Shown: positions 37,217 through 46,818 of the stretch, piece after piece
Numbering within the stretch: the stretch's first letter is position 1
Layout of the letters: every line of letters starts with the position of its first letter
Origin: Candidatus Eiseniibacteriota bacterium
GTDB taxonomy: Bacteria > Eisenbacteria > RBG-16-71-46 > JABDJR01
Assembly (NCBI GenBank): GCA_963783375.1
Contig: CAWANH010000029.1
Location: 384,001-448,000, forward strand
Reading direction: 5' to 3'
DNA: 64,000 nt
Translations under genes and position numbers: made by a program
Notes under the pieces: generated by a model
The model's database searches: none
Seen by the model: only the letters and a program-made list of their open reading frames with translations
What the model was told of the DNA's origin: nothing

Positions 37217-38323
37217 ATGCACGTTCGCGACGCGGTGAAGACCCTGACCCCCTACCGGCCGGGGCAAACCCTCCATGATTTGAAACGGTTCGGGCTCACG
37301 TCCTGCGTGAAGCTGGGGTCGAACGAGAACCCGCTCGGGCCCGCCCCCGAGGTGCGCCAAGCCATGCTCGACGCCCTCGCCGACACCCGGCTCTACCCCG
37401 ATCCTGGCTCCCCCCGCCTCCGCCGCGCCCTGGCCGAACACTACGGCCGCCGGGTGGAGGAGACCATCGCCGGCGCCGGAATCGACGATCTGCTCGACCT
37501 CACCGTGCGGTGCATGCTCGATCCGGGGGACGATCTCGTCCTGGCCCACCCCGGTTTCATCCGTTACGCGGTGGCCGCCCAGGCCGCGGGGGGCGCGGTG
37601 AAGGCGATCACCGGTCCCCCCGGATCCCCCTACGTCCACGATCTCGACGCGATGCTGGCCGCCGTCGGCCCCCGCACCCGGATCGTGGTGCTGGTGAATC
37701 CGAACAACCCCACCGGCTCCATGTTCGACCGCGATGCCCTGGATCGCTATCTGAAGCGCGTGCCCCCCGGTGTGCTCACCATCCTGGACGAGGCGTACTT
37801 CGAGTTCGTGGAGGACCCGTCCTATCCCGACGGCCTCGAGTTCCTGGATCGCGGAAAGCCGGTCATCGTCTTCCGGACCTTCTCCAAGATCCACTCCCTG
37901 GCCGGTCTCCGCGTGGGGTTCGGCTTCGGTCCGCCGGAGCTGATCGGGTTCCTGGACCGGGCGCGGCTTCCCTTCAACGTGAACGTGGTGGCTCAGAGCG
38001 CGGCCCTGGCCGCCCTCGGAGCCGTCGATCACGTGGCGCGGAGCCGACGCCTGGCCCGGAGCGAAACCGCCTTCCTCGCCCGCGGCCTTGCCGATCGCGG
38101 ATGGAGAACCCAGCCCACCCACACGAACTTCGTGTTCGCCGAGGCGCCGCTGGCGGGAACTCCTCTGGCCGAAGGTCTCCTCGCCCGGGGGTTCATTCTC
38201 CGACCGCTCACCGGGTTCGGGCTCCCCGACACTTTCTTCCGGGTGAGTCACGGCACCCGGGATCAGAACGAGGCCTTCCTCCGCGCCCTCGACGAGGTGA
38301 GCGCGGAGATCGCCCCCGCGTGA
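37217..38323 (+). CDS. hisC: Histidinol-phosphate / aromatic aminotransferase
   Basis: KL.SNENP.GP, YPD, NPNNPTG, DEAY.EF, RTFSK..SLAGLRVG, PFNVN. Confidence 0.92.
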   Translation: MHVRDAVKTLTPYRPGQTLHDLKRFGLTSCVKLGSNENPLGPAPEVRQAMLDALADTRLYPDPGSPRLRRALAEHYGRRVEETIAGAGIDDLLDLTVRCMLDPGDDLVLAHPGFIRYAVAAQAAGGAVKAITGPPGSPYVHDLDAMLAAVGPRTRIVVLVNPNNPTGSMFDRDALDRYLKRVPPGVLTILDEAYFEFVEDPSYPDGLEFLDRGKPVIVFRTFSKIHSLAGLRVGFGFGPPELIGFLDRARLPFNVNVVAQSAALAALGAVDHVARSRRLARSETAFLARGLADRGWRTQPTHTNFVFAEAPLAGTPLAEGLLARGFILRPLTGFGLPDTFFRVSHGTRDQNEAFLRALDEVSAEIAPA

Positions 38324-39609
38324 GCATCGCCTCGCACCCGGTGGCCCCCTTCCGGTCGACGCCGCGGCTTCCGGGGGACAAGTCGATCACCCACCGTGCC
38401 TACCTCTTCGCGGGGATGGCGGCGGGGGATTCGGTGGTCGAGAATCCCAATCCCGGCGAGGATTGCCGAAATACCCTGGCCGCGCTCCGGATCCTGGGAG
38501 TGGGGGCGGACGGGGAGACGCCGGGCGCGGTCACCCTCCGGGGACGCGGCGGGTCGTTCGAGGCCCCGCGGTCGCCGATCGATCTCGGCAACTCGGGCAC
38601 CGGGCTCCGGCTCCTGCTTGGAGTCCTGGCCGGGCGGGCCATGACCGCGACCCTGACCGGGGATGCCTCGCTCCGCACCCGGCCGGTGGAGCGGGTGCTC
38701 GAACCGTTGCGGCTCATGGGGGCCCAAGCCGAAGCTCCCGGCGACCACCCGCCGGTAACCCTCACCGGAGGCCGGCTCCGCGGGATTCGCTGGAAGCTGC
38801 CGGTGCCAAGCGCCCAGGTGAAGTCGGCGTTGCTCCTGGCCGGGACCCAGGCCGAGGGGACCACGGTCATCGAGGGGGGCGGGGCGAGCCGCGACCACAC
38901 CGAGCGCTTCCTGCTCGCGGGGGGCTACCCGATCACCGTGGACGGAGACCGGATCGCGATCGAGGGTCCCTTCGGGATCAAGCCGTTTGCGATACACGTC
39001 CCCGCCGATCCCTCGGCGGCCGCGTTCTGGGGCGCGGCGGCGGCGTTGGTCCCGGGAAGTCAAGTCTTGCTTCAAGAGGTGAGCGTAAACCCAACCCGGA
39101 CAGCCGGATTCCTGGCATTGGAGGAGATGGGGGCGGGTTTCGACCGGGAGGCTCCGGCCGGGGACATCGAACCCCGGGCCAACGCGCGGGTGCGATCCGG
39201 GACCCTCCGGGGGATCACCTTGGGCCCCGACCGCGTCCCGGGGCTGATCGACGAGCTCCCGATTCTGGCGGTGGCCGCGGCCTTCGCCGAAGGGACCACC
39301 GTGGTGCGCGGGGCGGGGGAACTCAAGCTGAAGGAGAGCGACCGCCTGGAGGCGGTGGCCGAAGGGCTTCGAGCCATCGGGGCCACGGTGAACCTGCTCG
39401 AGGATGGCTGGCAGATCACCGGGAGCGGGGGAACGCCCCTTCCCGGAGGCGTGGTGCGGAGTTTCGGGGACCACCGGGTGGCCATGGCCTTTCTGGTGGC
39501 CGGCCTCCGGTGCCGGAGCGGGGTGAAGATCGCCGACCCCCCCGGTATCGGAACCTCGGACCCGTACTTCCTGGAGAACCTGAACCAACTCCTGGAAGAA
39601 AGACTATGA
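38320..39609 (+). CDS. aroA: 3-phosphoshikimate 1-carboxyvinyltransferase (EPSP synthase)
   Basis: PGDKSI.HRA, GNSGT..RL, SAQVKS, RDHTE, KESDR, DHR.AM; GTGA-coupled. Confidence 0.95.
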   Translation: MSIASHPVAPFRSTPRLPGDKSITHRAYLFAGMAAGDSVVENPNPGEDCRNTLAALRILGVGADGETPGAVTLRGRGGSFEAPRSPIDLGNSGTGLRLLLGVLAGRAMTATLTGDASLRTRPVERVLEPLRLMGAQAEAPGDHPPVTLTGGRLRGIRWKLPVPSAQVKSALLLAGTQAEGTTVIEGGGASRDHTERFLLAGGYPITVDGDRIAIEGPFGIKPFAIHVPADPSAAAFWGAAAALVPGSQVLLQEVSVNPTRTAGFLALEEMGAGFDREAPAGDIEPRANARVRSGTLRGITLGPDRVPGLIDELPILAVAAAFAEGTTVVRGAGELKLKESDRLEAVAEGLRAIGATVNLLEDGWQITGSGGTPLPGGVVRSFGDHRVAMAFLVAGLRCRSGVKIADPPGIGTSDPYFLENLNQLLEERL

Positions 39610-40328
39610 CAGCACGTTCCGCCTCTCTCGATTCCATCCGGGTGGCCATCGACGGTCCGGCCGGAGTGGGGAAGACCACCACCGCCCGGGCCCTGGCCGA
39701 CCAGCTCAGGCTCCTCTACGTGGACACCGGGGCCATGTACCGCGCCCTGGCGGTGCAGGCGGAGGAGGTCGGGGTCTCTCCCGACGACGCCGGGGCCTCG
39801 GAGGGGTTGGCGCGGCGCGCCCGGCTCCGGCTGGAGCGGGCCCCCGACGGAACCCTGCGGGTGGAGATCGAAGGGCGGGATGTGACCGAGGCCATCCGCA
39901 CCGACCGGGCCTCGGACGGAGCGAGCCGCATATCCGTCCATCCCGGGGTGCGCCGGGAGCTGGTGCGCTGGCAGCGGGAGCTGGCCGCCGCGGGAGGGGT
40001 GGTGATGGAGGGCCGGGACATCGGGACGGTGGTGCTCCCGGACGCCGAGGCCAAGGTGTTCCTCACCGCCTCCCCCGAGGAGCGGGCGCGCCGGCGGCAC
40101 CGCGAGCTCCAGGCCCAGGGGCGGAACCCGACCTTCGAATCGGTGCTTCGGGACCTCCGGGAACGGGACGCCCGGGACCAGGGCCGGGAGAGCTCTCCCT
40201 TGCGCCCTGCAAAGGACGCGGTTGTGCTAGACTGTACCGCCCTTGGAGCCCCCGATCAGGTGGCCGCGGTCCGCCGGGTGGTGGAAGCGCTGGTGGCCAT
40301 GGGCCGGGGGGCGTTCGAGAAGAATTGA
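39606..40328 (+). CDS. cmk: Cytidylate kinase
   Basis: AIDGPAGVGK.T, DTGAMYRA, MEGRDIGTVV.PDA..K.FL.AS.EERA.RR. Confidence 0.95.
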   Translation: MTARSASLDSIRVAIDGPAGVGKTTTARALADQLRLLYVDTGAMYRALAVQAEEVGVSPDDAGASEGLARRARLRLERAPDGTLRVEIEGRDVTEAIRTDRASDGASRISVHPGVRRELVRWQRELAAAGGVVMEGRDIGTVVLPDAEAKVFLTASPEERARRRHRELQAQGRNPTFESVLRDLRERDARDQGRESSPLRPAKDAVVLDCTALGAPDQVAAVRRVVEALVAMGRGAFEKN

Positions 40329-40647
40329 CCCTCCCGCCCGATGTGGGCTCGCGGCCGCGGGGCCGTGGGGCGGCGCGCCGTACCGCGCCGTCGGACCCGC
40401 GCGGGAGGATGTTCCGGACCGGGAGACCCGCGGATCCGGACGCATGAGTTCCCAAACCGCATTCGCCGGGGGAACCGTGCGCCCGTCCCGGGTTGCGACC
40501 GGTCCGGCGATGGGCGCTGGATAACCGAACCAGGCGGGTTCGGGCGACGTTCGGCACGGGGTCGAACGCCGATGTCCCGGAACCGCCGCACGAACCGAGC
40601 GGGAGACGCAGGGCGCGTCCTCCCTCATTCGGAGGACCCCAACCGAC

Positions 40648-42546
40648 ATGAGTGAAGATATGAACCTCGCCACCGGTGAGACCGAAGAAACCGAAACCAC
40701 CCCGGTGGCCGCCGCCGAAGAGAAGCCCAAGCCCGTCAACATCCTGAACCGGGATGAGGACGAGGACGGAGCCCCCGACGCCGAGACCCTCCAGATGCTG
40801 GAGATGGTCGAGGAGTCGATGCGGAGCCTGGAAGAGGGCGAGATCGTCCTCGGCACCGTGCTGCGCGTCGACGAGAAGGAGGTCCTGGTCGACATCGGAG
40901 GAAAGTCCGAGGGAGTGATCTCCATCGACGAGTTCTCCGACTCCGACTCCATCAAGGTCGGGGATCGCATCGACGTCTTCCTGGAGAAGATGGAGAACCA
41001 GGACGGTCTGGTCGAGCTCTCCAAGACCCGCGCCGACTTCGTCAAGGTGTGGGACAAGGTGAAGGAGGCCTACGACAACGACCAGGTGGTCGAGGGGCGC
41101 CTCCTCCGCAAGATCAAGGGGGGCGTGGTCGTCGATCTCTTCGGGGTCGAGGCGTTCCTGCCCGGGAGCCAGATCGCGCTTCGCCAGGTGCAGAACGTGG
41201 AAGAGCTCCTGAGCCAGGTGCTGCGGTTCAAGATCATCAAGCTCAACAAGCGGCGCCGGAACATCGTGGTGTCGCGGCGGGTGGTCCTGGAGCAGGAGCG
41301 GCAGGCCCTGAAGGAGAAGATCCTGGGCGAGCTGGCCAAGGACCAGGTGCGCGAGGGGGTGGTCAAGAACATCACCGACTTCGGCGCGTTCGTGGACCTG
41401 GGCGGAATCGACGGCCTCCTTCACATCACCGACATGTCGTGGGGGCGGGTGAACCACCCGTCCGAGGTCGTGTCCATCGGCGACAAGGTCATGGTCAAGG
41501 TCCTGAACTTCGATCTCGAGCGTGAGCGCATCAGCCTCGGCCTGAAGCAGCTCACCCCCTATCCGTGGGAGAACGTGGACGAGAAGTACCCCGCCAGCAC
41601 CAAGGTGCGGGGGAAGGTGGTCTCCATCACCGACTACGGCGCTTTCGTGGAGCTGGAGAAGGGGGTGGAGGGTCTGATCCACATCGGCGAGATGTCCTGG
41701 ACCCGCCACGTGCGTCATCCCTCCAAGGTGGTCGCCATCGGAGAGATGGTGGAGTGCATGGTGCTCAAGGTGGACAAGGACAACGAGAAGATCTCCCTCT
41801 CCCTGAAGCAGACCGAGACCGATCCCTGGGAGACCCTGGACCTCAAGTACCCGGTCGGCTCGCGCTTCACCGGAAAGGTCCGGAACCTCACCAACTTCGG
41901 TGCCTTCGTGGAGCTGGAAGAGGGGATCGACGGCCTGGTGCACATCTCGGACATGTCGTGGACCCGCCGGATCAACCATCCCTCCGAGGTGGTGAAGAAG
42001 GGGGACGACGTCGAGGTCGAGGTGCTGAATATCGACAAGGGGGGCCGCCGGATCTCCCTGGGCCTCAAGCAGACCCAGCAGAATCCCTGGCCCACGCTGG
42101 AGCGCAAGTACGCTTCCGGAACCCTGGTGGACGGACGGGTGGTGCGGTTGATCGACCGCGGGGTGGTGGTGGACCTGGGCGACGACGTCGAGGGCTTCGT
42201 GCCGCTCTCCCAGCTGGGAATCGGCGACAAGAAGCCGGCCGAGGCGTTCAACGAGGAAGAAGTGCTCCAGCTCCGGGTGACCAAGGCGGACGGCCAGAAC
42301 CAGCGCATCGTGCTGGCGGTGCGGGACGTGGCCGACGCCGTGGACGTGGACGACGGTCTCCCCGAGTCCTCCTATCAGGGCAAGTACGCGGGCTCCGGGA
42401 CCGCCTCGCTGGGCGAGCGCCTGGCCGAGGAGCTCGAGGCCAGCCGGAAGGCCGCCCTGGAGAACGAGGAGGCCGCGGCGGAGACGCCCGCGGCCGATGA
42501 AGAGGAGGAGGCCGCTCCCGAAGACGACGGAGACGCCACGGAGTGA
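40648..42546 (+). CDS. rpsA: 30S ribosomal protein S1
   Basis: Six S1 repeats (NITDFGAFVDLGGIDGLLHITDMSW, etc.); GGAGG RBS. Confidence 0.97.
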   Translation: MSEDMNLATGETEETETTPVAAAEEKPKPVNILNRDEDEDGAPDAETLQMLEMVEESMRSLEEGEIVLGTVLRVDEKEVLVDIGGKSEGVISIDEFSDSDSIKVGDRIDVFLEKMENQDGLVELSKTRADFVKVWDKVKEAYDNDQVVEGRLLRKIKGGVVVDLFGVEAFLPGSQIALRQVQNVEELLSQVLRFKIIKLNKRRRNIVVSRRVVLEQERQALKEKILGELAKDQVREGVVKNITDFGAFVDLGGIDGLLHITDMSWGRVNHPSEVVSIGDKVMVKVLNFDLERERISLGLKQLTPYPWENVDEKYPASTKVRGKVVSITDYGAFVELEKGVEGLIHIGEMSWTRHVRHPSKVVAIGEMVECMVLKVDKDNEKISLSLKQTETDPWETLDLKYPVGSRFTGKVRNLTNFGAFVELEEGIDGLVHISDMSWTRRINHPSEVVKKGDDVEVEVLNIDKGGRRISLGLKQTQQNPWPTLERKYASGTLVDGRVVRLIDRGVVVDLGDDVEGFVPLSQLGIGDKKPAEAFNEEEVLQLRVTKADGQNQRIVLAVRDVADAVDVDDGLPESSYQGKYAGSGTASLGERLAEELEASRKAALENEEAAAETPAADEEEEAAPEDDGDATE

Positions 42547-43901
42547 TTCGATCCGATCGCGAAACGATCACGGAGGCGGCCCGCCCGACGCGGGTCGCCT
42601 TCCGTACTTTCGGGTGCAAGCTCAACCTCTACGAGTCCACCGGGATGAGCCAGGCCGCCGGGCGGGAAGGCTTCACGGTGGTGGACGCGGACAGCGGGGC
42701 CGACGTGGTGGTGGTGAACACCTGCTCGGTGACCATGCGCGCCGACCAGGAGGCCCGCCAGTACATCCGGGCCCTTCACCGCCGTAGCCCCGAGGCCAGG
42801 GTGGTGGTGACCGGGTGCTACGCCCAGCGGGCGCCGGAGGAGCTGGCCGCGCTTCCGGGGGTGGCGCTGGTGGCCGGCCACGCCGAGAAGGACGTCCTGG
42901 GCTCGCTCCTGACCGAGCTTCCCGAGGTCGGTTCCGCGCCCCGGGTGGCGGTGGGGACCCTGGACGGAAAGGGCATGACCCGGCTCCGCGCGGTGGGGGT
43001 GGAAGGCCGCACCCGGGCGCTGCTCCGGGTCCAGGACGGCTGCAACTCGGCCTGCACGTATTGCATCATTCCCAAGACCCGAGGCGCCTCGGCGAGCCTC
43101 GCCCTGGAAGAGGCGCTCGACGAGGGCCGGCGGCTCCTGGACGCCGGCTACCGGGAGCTGGTGATGACCGGCACCCATCTCGGCCACTACGGCGTCGACC
43201 TCTCCCCGCGTCGGAATCTTTCCGATCTGGTGGAGGGCCTTCTCGGCCTCGATGCTCCCCACGCCTGGCGGCTCCGGCTCTCCTCCGTCGAGCCCCAGGA
43301 GATCGACGACCGACTGGTGGAGATGCTGGCGGGATCCACGACCCTGGCCCCGCACCTTCATCTTCCGCTCCAGTCGGGGAGCGACGACCTGCTTCGGGCC
43401 ATGCGCCGCTCGTACCGAACGCCGGCCTACCGCCGCCAGGTGCGGAAGGTGGCGGCGCGGGTCAGGCCCCTCGCCCTCGGCGCCGACCTCATCGTGGGGT
43501 TCGCCGGGGAGACCGAAGGGGACTGGCGGCGGACGCTGGGCATCCTGGCCGAGCTTCCCTTCACCTACCTGCATCCGTTCACCTACTCGCCGCGCCCGGG
43601 AACCCCGGCGGCAAGATGGAACACCCGGCCTCCCGGGGACGTGGCCGGACGCCGGCTTCACGCGGCCAAGGCGTTGATGGCCGAGAAGAACCTCGCCTTC
43701 CGTAAGAGCCTGGTGGGGACGAACTCCGTGGCGCTGGTGGAGGAGACCGACGCCGACGGCATGTGCCGGGGGTTCACCGAACACTACGTGCGCGTCCGCT
43801 TCCCGGCGATGAAGCGCCTGATCGGCCGCTTTGCCCTTGTCAGCCTGACCGGATTGGTCGAGGATGGTTTATCCGCGAGGATGCTGGAGGCGATTCCCTG
43901 A
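42543..43901 (+). CDS. mtaB: tRNA t6A37 methylthiotransferase
   Basis: T.GCKLN.YES, NTCSVT..AD, TGCYAQ, QDGCN..C.YC.IP, RLRLSS.EP, HLPLQSG. Confidence 0.88.
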   Translation: MIRSDRETITEAARPTRVAFRTFGCKLNLYESTGMSQAAGREGFTVVDADSGADVVVVNTCSVTMRADQEARQYIRALHRRSPEARVVVTGCYAQRAPEELAALPGVALVAGHAEKDVLGSLLTELPEVGSAPRVAVGTLDGKGMTRLRAVGVEGRTRALLRVQDGCNSACTYCIIPKTRGASASLALEEALDEGRRLLDAGYRELVMTGTHLGHYGVDLSPRRNLSDLVEGLLGLDAPHAWRLRLSSVEPQEIDDRLVEMLAGSTTLAPHLHLPLQSGSDDLLRAMRRSYRTPAYRRQVRKVAARVRPLALGADLIVGFAGETEGDWRRTLGILAELPFTYLHPFTYSPRPGTPAARWNTRPPGDVAGRRLHAAKALMAEKNLAFRKSLVGTNSVALVEETDADGMCRGFTEHYVRVRFPAMKRLIGRFALVSLTGLVEDGLSARMLEAIP

Positions 43902-43933
43902 CCGATGAACCCGGGCGGGGCTAGAGGAACCGA

Positions 43934-45262
43934 ATGAAGGCATACCTGGAAACCTACGGTTGCCAGATGAACCTGAACGAGTCCGACGTGCTGGGGAAGC
44001 GCTTCGTGGAGGAGGGCTACACCCTGGTGGAGAAGCCCGAGGACGCGGAGGTGGTCCTGGTCAACACCTGCAGCATCCGCGAGCACGCCGAGGCCAAGGT
44101 CATGAGCCGCCTGGGAGTCCTGAAACGCCTCAAGGAATCGGGTAGTTGCGAGGTCCTGGCGGTGACCGGGTGCATGGCCCAGAGGCTGGGGGGAGAGTTC
44201 CTGGCCCGGGTTCCCTTCGTGGATCTCGTGGTGGGATCGGGAGCCTACCCCCGGTTCTTCGAGACCCTCGACGCCCGCCGCCGCACCGGCCGCCCCCAGG
44301 TGGACGTGGGTTTCGCCCGCGACTTTCAGGTGGAGGACCGGCCCCTGATCGAGCCCGGCTCCATCAAGACCTTCCTGACCATCATCCGGGGTTGCGACAA
44401 CGCCTGCCACTACTGCATCGTTCCCTTCACCCGGGGGCGTGAGCGCTCCAAGCCGATCGGGCAGATCATCCGGGAGGCGGAGTGGTGCGTGAGCCGGGGG
44501 GTGAAGGAGATCACCCTGCTCGGGCAGAACGTGAACCACTACCGGGACGGGGAGTTCGGGCTTGCCGACGCGCTCCGGGTGGCGGCGGGGGTGGACGGGA
44601 TGGAGCGGGTGCGCTTCACCACCTCGCACCCCGGGTACATGACCGACGACGTCCTGGTGGCCATGGCCGAGGAGGAGAAGGTGATGCCTCACCTTCATCT
44701 CCCCATGCAGTCCGGGAGCGATTCCGTGCTCCGGGCCATGAACCGGGAGTATACCCTGGCCCGCTATCGCGAGCTGATCGGGCGGGCCCGGGAACTCATG
44801 CCCGACATCGCCCTGTCCACCGATGTGATCGTGGGCTTCCCGGGAGAGACCGACGAGGATTTCGAGGCCACCCGGTGCGCCATGGAGGAGATCGGCTTCG
44901 ACTCCGCTTACATGTTCAAGTACTCTCCCCGCCGGGGGACGGTGGCTGCGGGGCTCGTGGACGATGTGCCGGCGGAAGTGAAGCAGCGGCGGCTGGCCGC
45001 GGTGATCGAACTTCAACGCCGCGTCACCGCCGAGCGGTCGGCCCGGTTCCTGGGCCGCGAGGTCGAGGTTCTGGTGGACGGCCGAAGCCACCGCGACCCG
45101 GAGGCGGTGGTGGGGAAGACCCGGGAGTTCAAGAATGCGGTGCTCCGGGGATCGCCGTCGTGGGTCGGCACGCTCCGGAGGATGCGGGTCGTGGAGACGC
45201 GGGGAGTGACCCTGACCGGGGTGCCGATCGCGGAGGCGGACGCCGCCACCCACGCCGCCTAG
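43934..45262 (+). CDS. miaB: tRNA i6A37 methylthiotransferase
   Basis: ETYGCQMN..ES, NTCSIRE.AE, GC..C.YCIVP.TRG.ERS, LLGQNVN, RFTTSHP, C-terminal TRAM. Confidence 0.93.
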   Translation: MKAYLETYGCQMNLNESDVLGKRFVEEGYTLVEKPEDAEVVLVNTCSIREHAEAKVMSRLGVLKRLKESGSCEVLAVTGCMAQRLGGEFLARVPFVDLVVGSGAYPRFFETLDARRRTGRPQVDVGFARDFQVEDRPLIEPGSIKTFLTIIRGCDNACHYCIVPFTRGRERSKPIGQIIREAEWCVSRGVKEITLLGQNVNHYRDGEFGLADALRVAAGVDGMERVRFTTSHPGYMTDDVLVAMAEEEKVMPHLHLPMQSGSDSVLRAMNREYTLARYRELIGRARELMPDIALSTDVIVGFPGETDEDFEATRCAMEEIGFDSAYMFKYSPRRGTVAAGLVDDVPAEVKQRRLAAVIELQRRVTAERSARFLGREVEVLVDGRSHRDPEAVVGKTREFKNAVLRGSPSWVGTLRRMRVVETRGVTLTGVPIAEADAATHAA

Positions 45263-45272
45263 GAGGGACTGT

Positions 45273-45626
45273 ATGTGGTTCGTGAAGGCCTTCCTGGCCA
45301 TCCTGGTTCTGGCCGGCCTGCTGTACGTCTCGCTCCTCAACGCCGGCCAGCACGTCAACATCTACCTCACCGATCCCAACATCCCCACCATACCCAACGT
45401 GGAGCTCCCGGTGGTGCTCCTGGGGAGCTTCATTCTCGGGGTGCTGGTCTGGTTCATCGTCTCCTTCTTCCAGGTGGTCTCCGCCAAGTCCGAGGTCTCG
45501 GCGTTGAAGCGGAAGAGCCGCCAGCTGGCGCGGGAGCTGACCGACCTGCGGAACATGCCGGTGAAGGACCTCGATCCGGAGAGCCTTCCCGCCGGGATGG
45601 GTGACGGGGATATTCGGGAAACCTAG
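45273..45626 (+). CDS. lapA: LapA family (DUF1049) membrane protein
   Basis: Two TM helices, N..V.I motif, C-terminal coiled coil (EL..LRN); directly upstream of a lapB-like gene. Confidence 0.72.
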   Translation: MWFVKAFLAILVLAGLLYVSLLNAGQHVNIYLTDPNIPTIPNVELPVVLLGSFILGVLVWFIVSFFQVVSAKSEVSALKRKSRQLARELTDLRNMPVKDLDPESLPAGMGDGDIRET

Positions 45627-45662
45627 CCGCCGGCCCGGCCGCCGGCGACGAAGCGGGAAGCC

Positions 45663-46817
45663 ATGACGCCATCGCAATTCCTGATCCTGGCCGCAGCGGT
45701 CGTGGGACTCATAGTCATCCTGTGGTTGATCTTCGCCTGGGTTCGGGTGCAGCGCCGCCGGGTGGCGCCGCCCCAGGCTCCCTACACCATGGCGCTCTCC
45801 GCGTTGATCGGAGGCGATCCGCGGGAGGCTCTGCGCCGGCTCAAGGAAGCGGTCCAGCTCGACTCGGAAAACCTCGACGCCTACATCCGCCTGGGCGATC
45901 TTCTCCGGGACAGCGGCGAGGTGCAGAAAGCCCTGTCCGTCCACCGCGATCTCACCGTGCGGCCCCGCATCGAGGACGCGGATCGGGCGCGGATCCTGGA
46001 GAGCCTCACCCGGGACTACCTCGCCGCCGGACGGTACGAGGAGGCGGGGCAAAGCGCGGAGCGGCTCCGTCACCTCGACCGGGGGAACCGGTTCGCGCAC
46101 CGAGCGCTCCAGCAGGTGGCCGAGGCCCTCAAGGACTGGCCGCGGGCCGTCCAGGTGGCCGACGAACGGGCCAAGGTGGAGGGTCGCGACAAGGCGAGCC
46201 TGGCCCGCTACCGCGGGTTCGTGGGGTCCCAGGAACTGGCGGCAGGCAACCGCAAGGAAGCGCTCCAGCACTTCGAGGAAGCCCTGAAACTCGACCCCGA
46301 ATGTCTCCTGGCCTACCTCTACCTCGGAGACATGGAGCACGCGGAGGGGCGCACCGAGAAAGCCGTGGAGCACTGGCGCACCCTGGCCCTCAAGAACCCG
46401 GAACGCGCCGGGTTGGTGTTCGACCGCCTGGAGCGGGCGTTCTTCGAGATGGGGCATTTCGGGGACGTGGTGTCCTTCTACCAGGAACTCCTCCATCGCG
46501 CCCCACGCGAGGCCTCGGTCCCGCCGCTCCTGGCTCTGGCGGAGATCCATCGCCGGAAGGGCGACATGGCCGAGGCCGAGACCTTTATTCACGAGGCCCT
46601 GGAAGTGGACCCCGATCATCCCCGCGCCCATCGCCATCTGGTGAAGCTGGCCCTGGATCGCCGGGACCCCCAGACCGCTCTCGCCCGCCTGGATCGCCTT
46701 CTGGCCTCGCTCCAGGACGCGGAAGGGCCTGGGGATTGCCGTCACTGTGGACGCCCCCTGGCCGCGCCGGCCTGGCGGTGCCCCCATTGCCAGGCCTCCG
46801 ATCCCCTGGGGCTCTGA
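45663..46817 (+). CDS. lapB: LPS assembly protein B-like (N-terminal TM, TPRs, C-terminal rubredoxin-like CxxC/CxxC)
   Basis: AY..LG.L.R..GE..KA..VH, L..DYL.AG, CRHCG....AWRCPHC. Confidence 0.8.
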   Translation: MTPSQFLILAAAVVGLIVILWLIFAWVRVQRRRVAPPQAPYTMALSALIGGDPREALRRLKEAVQLDSENLDAYIRLGDLLRDSGEVQKALSVHRDLTVRPRIEDADRARILESLTRDYLAAGRYEEAGQSAERLRHLDRGNRFAHRALQQVAEALKDWPRAVQVADERAKVEGRDKASLARYRGFVGSQELAAGNRKEALQHFEEALKLDPECLLAYLYLGDMEHAEGRTEKAVEHWRTLALKNPERAGLVFDRLERAFFEMGHFGDVVSFYQELLHRAPREASVPPLLALAEIHRRKGDMAEAETFIHEALEVDPDHPRAHRHLVKLALDRRDPQTALARLDRLLASLQDAEGPGDCRHCGRPLAAPAWRCPHCQASDPLGL

Positions 46818-46818
46818 G

